DNA from: the human T2T-CHM13v2.0 reference genome, Homo sapiens
Length of the DNA: 64,000 nt
Assembly: GCF_009914755.1 (NCBI RefSeq)
Contig: NC_060943.1
Direction: 5' to 3' (one strand)
The translations under genes and the position numbers were made by a program. Below the pieces are notes generated by a model. That model saw nothing but the letters and a program-made list of their open reading frames with translations. It ran no database searches and had not been told where the DNA came from. Shown here piece by piece: positions 12,925-25,399 of this stretch (the first letter of the stretch is position 1; each line of letters begins with the position of its first letter).

Positions 12925-13214
12925 TTTTTTTGAGATGGGGTCTTGCTGTGTCACCCACGCTGGAGTGCAGTGGCACAATTATAGCACACTGCAGCCCTGA
13001 ACTCCTGGGTTCAAGCAACCTCCTGCCTCAGCCTCCTGGGTAGCTGGGATTGCAAGTGCAAGCCACCATGCCTACCTAAATTTTTAGAAATTTTCTGTAG
13101 GGATAAGGTCTCACTATGTTGCCCAGGCTAGTCTCAAACTCCTGGCCTCAAGCTGTCTTCCCATCTCAGCCTCCCAAAGTGCTGAGATTACAGGCTTGAG
13201 CCAATGCATCCAGC
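12925..13214 (-). mobile_element. AluJ
   Basis: Reverse dimer with J diagnostics; ACAAACAA on both flanks. Confidence 0.95.
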
Positions 13215-13483
13215 ACAAACAAACTTTAAAAAGGTGTTTTAACTGCCAAACCACTGGAAGAAAAACATGGATGTGAATATATAGAAAAAGCTCTAGAAGG
13301 ACACACACTAAACTGACAACATGAATTCCTATAAAGAGTATGGGGGAGGGGATATGGGGTTGGTCTGAGGGACTTCAGCCGTATCTGTAGCATTTTAGCA
13401 TCTACAAGAATGTATTCATTCTTGTACAGATTGTGCAGATTTGAACAATCCTTACTTTAATTGTCAAAGACAGAAAAAATATC

Positions 13484-13770
13484 TGGAAGGCCAAGGTGGG
13501 TGGATCACTTGAGGTCAGGAGTTCAAGACCTGCCTGACCAATATGGTGAAACCCTGTCTGTACTAAAAATGCAAAAACAATTAGCCGGGCGTGGTGGTGG
13601 GTGCCTGTAATCTCAGCTACTTGGGAGGTCGAGGCAGGAGAATTGCTAGAACCTGGGAGGCAGAGGTTTCAGTGAGCCAAGATCACACCATTGCACTCCA
13701 GTCTGGGCAACAAGAGTGAAACTCCGTCTAATATATACATATATATTATATATGTATATTTTATATATAT
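13484..13770 (+). mobile_element. 5'-truncated AluS with (TA)n-converted tail
   Basis: Starts at TGGAAGGCCAAGG and ends GAAACTCCGTCT, followed by TA repeats at 13730-13770. Confidence 0.93.
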
Positions 13771-14457
13771 AATCAATACTAGAGGAAATTTGAGGAAGAA
13801 GACAATTTTACTCAGTATAAAGTGGGATATAGTTTGTGAAAGTTTTGCAATAAGTATTAAATGTGGGCCAGGTACCAACATTTAATACTTATTTAGTAGT
13901 ACAACATAATACTTATTTAGTAGTACAACACACTAAATATTCATTGTAATATTTAACTAAATAAAATCAAGTACTGAGAGAATGATAAATGTCATCAGTG
14001 CCCAAAAAATGATCAGCTTTACAATAGTAGTGCATTTTTATCTAGTTTTATTTACAAATATATCTAGACATAGAGATGTAAAACAGAAAGATACAAAGAG
14101 ACTTGGGGCTAGCTTTATTCACAAAATAGGGATTTCTTGTGCTTTTTTCTTACTAATTTGAAACTATATTTATTAGAGTTTTGTAGTCTGTTTGTTCTCG
14201 CACACACTCATAACCTATTTGCATACCAGTAAATAGTCTTCAAAAGTATCATTCTTAATGGCTGAATAATATCTCATACTTTATATGCACCGTAATAATT
14301 TATTATATGGAGATTTAAGTAATTTCCAATTTTTGTCTAATTTAAATAAAATCACAGTGAACATCATTATACATACATATGTGTGGACATCTGTGATTCT
14401 TTAAGTAATTTCTTAAAATTGAACTGCTGGTCCAAAAAATGTACTCATTTTTAAGAC

Positions 14458-14750
14458 TTTGTTTTGAGACAGGATCTCACTCTCTCACCCAGGCTGGAGT
14501 GCAGTGATGTGATCATAGCTGACTGCAGCCTCAACCTCCCAAGTTCAAGCAATCCTCCCACCTCACCCTCCCAAGTAGCTGAGACTATAGCTTGTGCCAT
14601 CACACTCTGCTAATTTTTGTATTTTTTTGTAGAGAGAGGGTTTCCACATGTTGCCCAGGCTGGTCTGAAACTTCTGGGCTGAAGCGATCCATCCACCTTG
14701 GCCTCTGCAAGTGCTGGGATTACATGTGTGAGCTACCACAGTGCCCGGCC
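14458..14750 (-). mobile_element. AluJ
   Basis: Reverse dimer ending GTGCCCGGCC. Confidence 0.95.
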
Positions 14751-15543
14751 AACATTTAACACTTATTGCAAAACTTTCACAAAATATATCCCAGTTTATA
14801 CTGAATAAAATCTTCTTCTTCAAACTTCCTCTAGCATTGATTAATAATTTTTCTGTCTTTGATAATCAAAGTAAGGATTGTTCAAATCTGCCTATCTTTG
14901 ATAACTACTGAAGTTTAGCCATCTTTGAATGTTTTTATCGTCCACCTATATTTCTAATGTTAGTAATTGTCTGTTCATTCTGTTTGATAATTGGTTTTTA
15001 TTTCTTATTAATCTGTAAAAGCTATTATTAAGAAATGTCATCAACCATTTGTTGTGTATATTTTAAACAATTTTCACAATTTAGTTTCCCTTTAATTTCA
15101 TTTGTGATGTCATTTGAAAAACAATTTCTATTTTTATGTCCATTTTTCCCCTTTGGTTCTCTGCCTTTGACGTCATGTTACAAAGGCTGATCTCACTATC
15201 GCATCGACATTTTTCTGATTCCTACTCTTTTGTGGTTTCATTTTTTAAACTTGAATCTTTATTACACCTGTGACGATCTAACTTTATGATAAGGTTCTTT
15301 TTTCCAAATGATGAGATGGTTGTCCCAACACCATTTCTACTTTCCCCACTGACTTTTACTAAATTCCACTTAACTTCTCAAAAAGTATTTGACTATATCT
15401 TTATTGCAAAAGTCATACTATACAGACAATGCAAAAATTCTCCTTGACAAAAGCCTCATTCCATTTCTAATTGCATTCTCTTATCAGAACTAACTGTAAA
15501 TCAGTTTGATGTGTGGAAATCCAGAGGTTTCTTCATAGTAAAA

Positions 15544-15785
15544 ATAACTGGCATTTAGGAGGGCTTACCACATGTGCGGCCGTGCCTTAAGGCATGTGTC
15601 AACTTGTGTGATCTTCCCAACAGCCTACCAAGTAGGCACAACAGCTATCTCCATTTTACCATTTTACAGAACAGGAAACTGAGACACAGAGGGTACAGAA
15701 CTGAGAAACCTGCTCAGGGATGCCCAGATGGCAGAATGGGGATTCAAATTCAGGAATCTAGCTTCAGGATCAGCAGAATGTTGAC
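15544..15785 (-). mobile_element. MIR
   Basis: CCATTTTACAGA..AGGAAACTGAG.CACAGAG...GGGATTCAAA. Confidence 0.75.
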
Positions 15786-15869
15786 TGATGTCCTGCTATC
15801 TCCTAATACACCTACTTGCACTTCAGTGAAAAACACATGGCACTATTTTCTTTTAAAATGAAAGTTTGA

Positions 15870-16075
15870 GGCTGGGTGCAGTGGCTCACACCTGTAATCA
15901 CAGCACTTTGGAACACCGAGGCAGGAGGAATGTGTCCCACCCCTTGCGTGAGCCCAGGAGTTTGAGGTCGCAGTGAGCCACAATTGTGCTATTGCACTCC
16001 AGCCTGGGCAAACAGAAGGAGATCCTGTCTCTAATGAATGAATGTCTGAATTAATGAATAAATACATAAAGAAAA
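15870..16075 (+). mobile_element. Alu monomer (left-arm start, right-arm end; FRAM-like/recombinant)
   Basis: GGCTCACACCTGTAATC.CAGCACTTTGG followed by GAGGTCGCAGTGAGCC...GCACTCCAGCCTGGGC; TGAA/TAAA tail. Confidence 0.85.
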
Positions 16076-16384
16076 ATAAAGTTGGGTCTATGGATTTGAT
16101 ATCATACTATCCAAATTATGCTATAGCCTTTTTGATCAAATATCAATATCTCTTGGTTGTCTTTCCATATGAATTCATATAAATCAATTTCAGTTTTTTT
16201 AAACTACGATACACTATGATTTACTACAGTTTACGTAACTCTTCTATTAGAGTATAGTTAGGTTGTTTCTAGCCTTTCACCATCAGTAAGGCTGCAAAGA
16301 ACATCTCTAGCATGACTCCCTGTACATTTTTGTGAAAGTTTCTCTTGTTTCTCTTTTGTTTTTTCTCAGTCATGTAGTATGTGA

Positions 16385-16711
16385 TTTTTTTGTTTGTTTG
16401 TTTGTTGTTGTTTTTGTTTTTGTTTTTTTTGAGACAAGGTCTGGCTCTGTCACCTAGGCTGGATAGGCTGGAGTACAGTGGTGCAATCACGACACAGCAC
16501 ACTGCAGTTTCTATCTTCTGGGCTCAAGCAATTCTCCTACCTCAGTCTCTCAAGTAGCTGAGCCTACAGGTAAGCATCACCTTGCCTGCCTGTCTTTTTT
16601 ATCTTTTGTAGAGACAAGATCTCACTATGTTGCCCAGGCTGGTCTCCAACTCCAGAGCTCAAGCAATCCTCCCAAAGTGCTGGGATTACAGGCATGAGCC
16701 ACACACCCAGC
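16385..16711 (-). mobile_element. AluJ
   Basis: Reverse dimer with (TTTG)n tail. Confidence 0.93.
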
Positions 16712-19683
16712 TTGCATTTTTAAATTTAACAAATACTGCCAAATTGCCCTCCCAACTATCTGAACCAATTTATACCCCATAAGCAAAATATGATAGTACT
16801 TGTTTCTTTATAACATCCCAACAGTTGATACTATCAAACTTATTTTCAATATAATGAGTGAAAAATGATACCTCCTTGTGCATTATTTGGGATGTTCCTC
16901 ACTACTGGTGAAGTTGAGCAACTTTTTATGCTTATTTTCCATTTTGGTTCCCCTTTTATTCGTTGCCTGTTTGTATATTTTTATTATTTCCCCTTTGAAT
17001 TAATGATCTTCTTCTTATTGATTTATAAATGTTTACATATATTTTGGATGCTAATCCTTTGTCTATTGCAAATGTAAATATTTTCCACCAGCATGTGTTC
17101 TTTTAATTTTGTTTATGGTGTCTTTTCTTGTTTATAGAAACTTGTGTCATAGAGAAGCTTTTAATTTTATTTGGGCAAACTTATCATATTTTCTTTTGTG
17201 GTTTATATGCTATATTTTCTTTCGCTCAGTTTGCAGGTTTTATTTTTGTATAACATTTAGCTCTTTAATCCATCTGGAATTTACTTTGGTGACTAGTGTA
17301 ATGTTAAAAATATAATTTTGTTTTTACAAATAGTATCTAATTTTCCACACAATTTATTCTTTCCCTTACTAATATGAAATGCCGATTTTTCCCAAAATTT
17401 TATGTATATCTATAGGGATCTGTTTCTGGACTCATTACGTTGTTCTAGTTAAATTTTTAGCTTCAATACCATTCTACGTCAATTAATATAGCTTTAAAAT
17501 ATATATATTGATATTTAGTAAGGTAGGTGCACCTCTTGTTTTTCTTCTAAATTATCTTTGTCCTTCTTATGCATTTACTGTTTCATATGAATTCTATAAT
17601 CAGCTAGTCAAGTTCCATATAAATGCTGTTGGACATGGAATTTTTACATGAGTTTGGGGAAAATATCTATCTTTACAATATTAAGCACTGTTATCCAAAA
17701 TTAAGGTATATATCTCTACATATTAGTATCTATTATGCTCCTCATAAGCTGAGGTTTCTTCCTAGATATTCTATAGTTTTCATTGCTATGCGTGAATAGG
17801 GTAATTTTGCGAATTGGGTAATTTTATCTATGACTTTTTCTAATAAGATAATACTATTGTATTAAAAACTATTAGTTTTTATGTGTTTATTTTGTACTGG
17901 GCCATTTTATAATACTTTCTTATTAGCTTTAATGGTTTCTCAACTGATTATCTTATTCTTCCTAGGGAGCTTGGCTGAAAAAAACAAAATGACACTATAA
18001 TCTCTTTCTCCATTATTCACATGCCTTTTTAATTTTTTCTTATTGTATAGCGTTGGCAAAGACCTCCAATACAATATTGAATATAGAAGTGATAGGAAAC
18101 TTTGTCTTGCTGGTGACTGAAATGGAAATAGTCCTCATGGTTTCACCACTGCTAAGTTTCTAGTAGAAATCTTTACTTTGATAATGGAAGTTTTCTTATA
18201 TATTTCATGTGCAAGAATTTTTGAGTGCCTGGGGAGGCGTTTGTTTGCTTATCATGAAAGAGTAAATTGGAAAAAAAATGTTTTCACTTCTGTTATGATT
18301 TTAATCTCAGATTTATACAAGGCTTCTAGAACGAATTGAGTAACTTCCCAATTTATAACATAAGAATTATCTATTTCTTAAAGGTGTTATAGAATGAAAT
18401 ATTAAAACCATCTGGTCTTGATGTTTTCCCTAAATGTATATTTGTAACTAGCTTTCTAATTTTCTCAATAGAAATAGCATATTTAGACTTTCTATTACTT
18501 CTTGAGCTAATTTTGAAAATCACGCATTTCATCTAGTTTTTTAGTTATTAGTACAAAGACACTATCTTACAAAATTTAATTCCTTCTCTATCTGTAATTA
18601 CATCTTATCTCCTTTCTCATGCTGTTTATTTATGCTCTCTTTTTTCCTTAAACTTGAAGAAGTTTTTATTGACCAACTCTACTAGCTTTGTTGTTCTTGT
18701 TTATTTTATTAATGTCATTTTATCTTTATTAATTCCTCTCTTCAACTTTCTGGAGATTTGATTTTTTTGTTCTTTGTAGTCTCCTGAATATTATGCTTGG
18801 TTCATTTGATTTCAATTTTGCTCATTTTCTGATGTATGCATTTAAGTCCATAAATTTTCCTCTGATAACTGCTTTGGCCACATCTCAGAGGTTTTAATAT
18901 TTAATGCTCTATTGCTTATTTCTAAATAGTTTGTAATTTCCACTTTTTATTTCCTTATTAACAGAAGACTTTTTGTAAGTGTTTTTATATTTATGAGAGT
19001 GGAGATTTATTTAATTTCTCTTTTAGTTATTTTCTCATTTGTTCAGGGAATGGAACTTACATATCCCTACTTCTTAGAATTTGCTGAGATTTTCTTTGTA
19101 ATCTAACATATTATCAATTTGTGTAAGTGATTTATGTGTGTGTCAAAAGAATGTGTGCTATAAGCTTGTTAATACAAAGTTGTTCATTGTGTCATTTAAA
19201 TTCTCTGTCATTATTTTTGTCTATTTGAAATATTCATTTCTTAGACAACTATGAAATTTGACCTTCTGTGATTGCAGGTTTGTCAGTTTCTCCTTATATT
19301 TCTATTAATTTTTGCTTACATTTTCCAAAGCAACATTGTGAAGGACACAAAGGTTTACAATTATATCTTCTTGGTGGCTGTTATTTTTAATATTATGAAC
19401 TATTCCTCTATGTACTCTAATGTACGCCCTCTGACTTTATATGACTCATAAATCATATTATAAATTTTTAAAGCAGTTAGGCCTTCATCTTGACTCTGTT
19501 TCTTTCCATTGATTTAACTGATTATTTTGGGGTAAATACCACACTTTTGTCTATTGTGGCTTTATAAGTTAATTTTTATCTGATAGTTAAATTATTGATT
19601 ACTCTAACATTATTCACTCTTCCACATTTAGGTTTATTTTGCAAAACCACCAACAGAATCCAATTTAAAATGTTGAGTGAAGT

Positions 19684-19805
19684 GCCAGATTCAGTGGCAT
19701 ATGCCTGTAGTCCTAGCTACTCAGGAGGCTGAGAAGGGAGGACTGCTTGAGCTCAGGAGTTCAAGTCCAGCCCGGGCAACGTAAAAAGATCCTGCCTCTC
19801 AACAA
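19684..19805 (+). mobile_element. FLAM (free left Alu monomer)
   Basis: Single monomer with CCTGTAGTCCTAGCTACTC and GGAGTTCAAGTCCAGCC. Confidence 0.85.
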
Positions 19806-20295
19806 TTTTTTAAATTTGTTTTCAATTATTGGAAAAGAATTACTTACAAATCAACTTAGGGGCATTTCTCTTTATGTAGCACTGAAGTCTACTTATATGC
19901 ACCTCACAAAAAATGTATTTCCTTCATATATGACGGGTCCACTTCTTAAGTTAGGGGATTTTTTTTTTTTTGGTATTTTGTATTTTGTGTCTTCAATATA
20001 AATAGAGTATTTTTCCTTATCTTTTATCTCTAACCTTTATTCCCAGCATAATATGTGGGACATGTTTTATTTACATGTATCTGTTTTATTATTAGACATA
20101 TTACTGAATTCCTTTATAAGGCATAGGAGTATTTCAGATGATGTTCTTCAGATTTTTCATATTATCATAAAATAGTAAAAATTTTGACTTGACCATTTCC
20201 ATATTTATTCCCCAATTGTTTTTATTTTGACTGTCATTTTTATCATATCATTATCTAAGACTTGTTTTGTTACCATAACAATAATTCCTACAACT

Positions 20296-20676
20296 TTTTG
20301 TTTTATTTGTATTTTAAGTTCTGGGGTACACGTGCAGGACATGCAGGTTTGTTACATAGGTAAACGTGTGCCATGGTGGTTTGCTGCACCTATCAAAGTA
20401 TTAAGCCTGGCATGCATTAGCTATTTTTCCTGATGCTCTCCCTGCTCCACCCTCCTGTGACAGGTCCCAGTGTGTGTTGTTCCCCTCCCTGTGTTCTCTT
20501 TCCCCATCAGTGATAGACTGGATAAAGAACATGTGGTACTTATACACCATGGAATACTATGCAGCCATAAAAAGGAATGAGATCATGTCCTTTGCAGGGA
20601 CGTGCATGAAGCTGGAAGCCATTATCCTCAGCAAACTAATGCAGGAACAGAAAATCAAACACCACATGTTCTCACT
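20296..20676 (-). mobile_element. Short 5'-inverted (twin-primed) L1PA
   Basis: Antisense 3' end at 20296-20497 joined to a sense segment at 20503-20676; TSD TACAACTTTTT at 20289 and 20677. Confidence 0.9.
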
Positions 20677-20744
20677 TACAACTTTTTTATTTTTAAGTAT
20701 TTGTAGGCTGTTGTTTTGAGATAGATTATCATATAAAACCAAGA

Positions 20745-20951
20745 AGGCTCAACATTAGTACAATCAATATGCAGGGCTGGATAATTCTTTGCTGGGGGAG
20801 GGAGAGCCCTTTCCTGAACATTGTAGGATATTTAGGAGTAACCTTAACCTCTACTTACAACATACCAGTAGCACTACCTCCAAGTCATGACAATCAAAAA
20901 CGTTTCCAGGTACTGCCTCCTGAGAGGCAATGTCCTTGATTGAGAAACAGT
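20745..20951 (+). mobile_element. MER20 (hAT MITE)
   Basis: GGATAATTCTTTG...CATTGTAGGAT.TTTAG...CCAGTAGCAC...TGACAATCAAAAA...TTGAGAA. Confidence 0.8.
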
Positions 20952-21410
20952 ATGCAATGCATTATCCTTCTCTTCCTATTTTAATCACAGCTTTTGGCAG
21001 GACTGATGTTGAATTTTATCGAATGTCCTTTTGGCATATGATTACATATTTCTCCCAGGTACCTATTGATGTAATAAATTTTTAATTATATATTTTCTGA
21101 TTTGGTGCCATCCTTACAATAGAGGAGAAAGGCTTTATTAGTCAAGATTTATTATTTTTAATATAAGGTTAGTGTTCATTTTTTATGACTTTTACCTATA
21201 TGTTTACATGTGAGGTTGACTTGTAGGTTTTGTTTGTTTGTGACGTTTGTTAGGTTTGAGCACAAAAATAATGCTTGCTTGGTAAGTAGCATGATCACTT
21301 TTTGTTCCTTAAGACATTTAAATCAATTTCCTATACAACCATCCATTTTAATGTATTTTTACATTATTCTTTTCTTATTCAACTACTCTATAGTTAAGAT
21401 TAGTAATTTG

Positions 21411-22149
21411 TACCACAATGAGATACCATCTCACACCAGTCAGAATGGTGATTATTAAAAAGTCAAGAAACAACAGATGCTGGCAAGTCTGTGGAGAAAT
21501 AGGAATGTTCTTACACTGTTGGTAGGAATGTAAATTAGTTCAACCATTGTGAAAGACAGTGTGGTGATTCCTCAAAGACCTAGAACCAGAAATGCCATTT
21601 GACCCAGCAATCCCATTACTGGGTCAAAGGAATATAAATCATTTTATTATAAAGATACATGCACATGTATGTTCATTGCAGCACTATTCACAATAGCGAA
21701 TGCATGGAATCAACCCAAATGCCCATCAATGATAGACTGAATAAAGAAAATGTGGTACATATACACCATGGAATACTACGCAGTCACAAAAAGGAATGAG
21801 ATCGTGTCTTTGCAGGGACATGGATGGAGCTGAAAGCCATTATCCTCAGCAAACTGCAAACTAATGCAGGAACAGAAAACCAAACACCACATGTTCTTAC
21901 TTATAAGTAGAAGCTGAACAATGAGAACACGTGGACACAGGGAGGGGAACAACACACACTGGGGCCTGTGGGGGGTGGGATGTGGGGAGGGAAAGCATCA
22001 GGTTAAATAGTTAATTCATGCAGGGCTTAATACGCAGGTGATGGGTTGATCTGTGCAGCAAACCACCATGGCACATGTTTACCTGTGTAACAAACCTGCA
22101 CATCCTGCACATGTATCCCAGAACTTATAATTAAATTAAATTTTAAAAA
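21411..22149 (+). mobile_element. 5'-truncated older L1PA (PA8-13 type) 3' end
   Basis: CCACAATGAGATACCATCTCAC through CACATGTATCCCAGAACTTA; TSD TTAGTAATTTG at 21400 and 22151. Confidence 0.93.
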
Positions 22150-23034
22150 CTTAGTAATTTGAAATTTCCTAGAAAGTCATTTATTTCAACAAAATTTTCT
22201 ATGATAATATATCTATATTTTCTACCACTTTTAACTTTTTGGAATACATGTATATTCTCCTTTTTTATTTCTAATGTTTTTACATGTGTTTTCTCACTCT
22301 GTTTCACTTAAGTAACTTGTCAGATGTCTTTGACAAATTCTAATTCTTAGACTTGGCAATGTACTGTCTGTTTTCTGATTTACTAAGTTATGTTGTATCT
22401 TTATCAATATCTTTCTAGTTTATTTCATTGTTGTCTTTCTAATTATTGTGAGCTAAAAGCTTAATTCATGCATTTTTATTCTACATTCAATAATGTGATA
22501 TTTAAGGCTATGTGTTTTCTTCTGAATATAGCTTTGAGCATACATCATAAGGTTGATATATGGTATTCTCATTGTAATTATTTTCTAAATAGTCTCCAAA
22601 TATAGTTTTGATGTCCTCTTTGATCTAAAAGATAATTCAGAGCGGTCTTAATAATTTTAGAAATTGCCCATCAAAATTGTAGTTACCCTTCTTTGTTGAT
22701 TGTATAAAATAAGGGATCTGCCCACTTTTTGATTCTTTGACTATATCCAACCTTTTTTATAGCCAATATATACTATTTAGTGAATATTTCATAGGCTTTA
22801 ATATAGTCTCTCATTTAGAAAAAAATCTCGATTTAAGAAACAACTTTATTATTTGAAATCATCTAAATCCTTGGATTCCTTGCCTACTAGATCTGCCAAA
22901 TACCAAAAGAGATGTCTTAAAGTTTTTCATTACAACTGTGAATCTCTCCACTTCTTCTTGTACTCCTAACAATCTTGCTTGCTACATCTTACTGCAATGC
23001 TATTTGGCATATTGGGAGCCATGACTAGTTCAGT

Positions 23035-23142
23035 CTACTAGCCTGTAAGCCCAGCAAAGACAGGAATCACATCTGACTTGCCTAACGTTGAGTCCCAGCC
23101 CCTGGCCCAATATTTACTAAATAATTGTGGGAATCAATTGAC
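23035..23142 (+). mobile_element. L2 3' fragment
   Basis: CTACTAG.CTGTAAGC...CAGGAA...TCCCAGC.CCTGGC. Confidence 0.5.
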
Positions 23143-23240
23143 AAGTGATAGAGATTCAGTGTTGAGTATATGACCTTCAACAAAAATACTTTACTATTAT
23201 ATCTAATTTTTTTACCCTCAATTCTACTTTGTCTGATGCC

Positions 23241-23565
<325 letters not shown>

Positions 23566-24082
23566 TCAATGATGTCAGTATTTGTCCCTGTATTTTGCTG
23601 GTTTGTTTTACTTGACATATATTATATATCTTGTTGTTGGGTTTTGGTGGGTTTTTCTGTTTTTGTTTTTGTTTTGCTTTGCTTTTTTGTGTTTCTTTAT
23701 CTGCTCCATCCTTAGTTCTATGAAATCTATTTTCTTTGTGATTGTCTTCAATATACAGAGATACAGTTTAGAATTCAAGTCATAAATGGTTTCAAGTGTT
23801 TCCAATGTATTACTTAACCTCTATATTTAACTCCTATGTTTTTCTAATTTTCAGGTCAGAGAGGCAATTGAATCTTTTAGTTCTTTTTTTTAACACAATG
23901 TAGTTAATACATTTTTATTCTCCTCTTCCAGACCCCATGCTACTATTTCTTTTCCAAGTACTCCTCAGACACTTATTAAATAAACTAGGACTTTATAGGT
24001 TGATTATTACTAATTTTTACACAATAGGACTTTGAAAGTGAATTTTTAACACTTGAATTCAGTTTTTCAAATAAAGTCTCAA

Positions 24083-24380
24083 TTTTTTTTTTTTTTTTTT
24101 TTTTGAGACGGAGTCTCGCTTTGTCGCCCAGGCTGGAGTGCAGTGGCATGATTTTGGCTCACTGCAAGCTCTGCCTACCGGGTTCACACTATTCTCCTGC
24201 CTCCCGAGTAACTGGGACTAGAGGCGCCCGCCACCACGCCCAGCTAATTTTTTGTATTTTTAGTACAGACGGGGTTTCACCGTGTTACCCAGGATGGTCT
24301 CGACCTCCTGGCCTCGTGACCCGCCTGCCTTGGCCTCGCAAAGTGCTGGGATTACGGGCGTGAGCCACCACATCTGGCCC
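24083..24380 (-). mobile_element. AluY
   Basis: GCAAGCTC.GCC...GGGTTCAC diagnostics, CpG-rich; TSD TAAAGTCTCAA. Confidence 0.95.
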
Positions 24381-24642
24381 TAAAGTCTCAATTACTTAGA
24401 CAGCATTTTTTAAAAGTATAAGTGAGGTTTGTCCTTCTTCTTCTAGGCAAAGCTGCACCTCTCACCCCCTATACCAGACAGTCCTTTGCTATGGACACAC
24501 AGGGTGGTAGGACACACAGGATTCTCATAGGCAGTTCTGGTTCTCCTATGGACCAAGTAGCACCAGTGCCCAAAGGCAGCCCTCTGCCAATGGTTGTAGG
24601 TGAGGAAGCTAAGAGCAAAGCATCCGTTGGAAGCTGGTAGAA

Positions 24643-25071
24643 GCCAGGCTTGGTGGCTCACACTGTAATCCCAGCACTTTGCGAGGCTGAAACAGGAGGA
24701 TTGCTTGAGCCCCAGAGTACAAGACCAGCCTGGGCAGTGTAAAGAAACCACCCCCTCCCCCGCCCCCATAAAAAAATTAAAAACATAGCTGGGTGTGGTG
24801 CTGCACACCTGTAATTCCAGCTACTCTGGAGGCTGAGGCTGGAGGATCACTTGAGGCCAGGAGCTTGAGACCAACATGGGCAACATAGCAAGATCCTGTC
24901 TCTACAAAAAATTTAAAAATTTTTAGCTGGGCATGGTGGTGCATACCTGTAGTCCCAGCTACTAGAGAGGCTGAAGCAGGAGGATTTCTTGAGCCCAGGA
25001 GTTCAAGGATACAGTGAGCTATGATCACACCACTGCACTCCAGCCTGGGTGACAGAGCAAGACCCTGTCTC
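24643..25071 (+). mobile_element. Three-monomer AluJ
   Basis: Left monomer, right/left chimeric monomer and right monomer inside one TSD AGCTGGTAGAA (24632, 25205). Confidence 0.88.
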
Positions 25072-25203
25072 AAAGAGAAGAAGAAAAGGAAGAAGAAGAA
25101 GAAGAGGAGGAGGAGGAGGAGGAGGAAGAAGAAGAAGAAGAGGAGGAGGAGGAGGAAGAAGAAGAGGAAGAGGAGGAGGAGGAGGAAGAGGAAGAGGAAG
25201 AAG
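25072..25203. repeat. (GAA)n/(GAG)n compound trinucleotide repeat, 132 nt purine-only
   Basis: Direct reading; derived from the Alu tail. Confidence 0.97.
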
Positions 25204-25399
25204 CAGCTGGTAGAAAAATTGGAGGGTCTGGACAGGGCACCAGGGATGTCTGCTACACCAGCACACCAGTGCAAGCAGCAGGCGGGGGCAGTGTCCCCAA
25301 AGACCCCCCACTGGGCTAGGCTTGAGCTGCAGCTGCACCTGCTGCAGGTGACATGCTCAGCCTGCCCTTCTCACCTGGCCATCACACGTGGACTTACTC

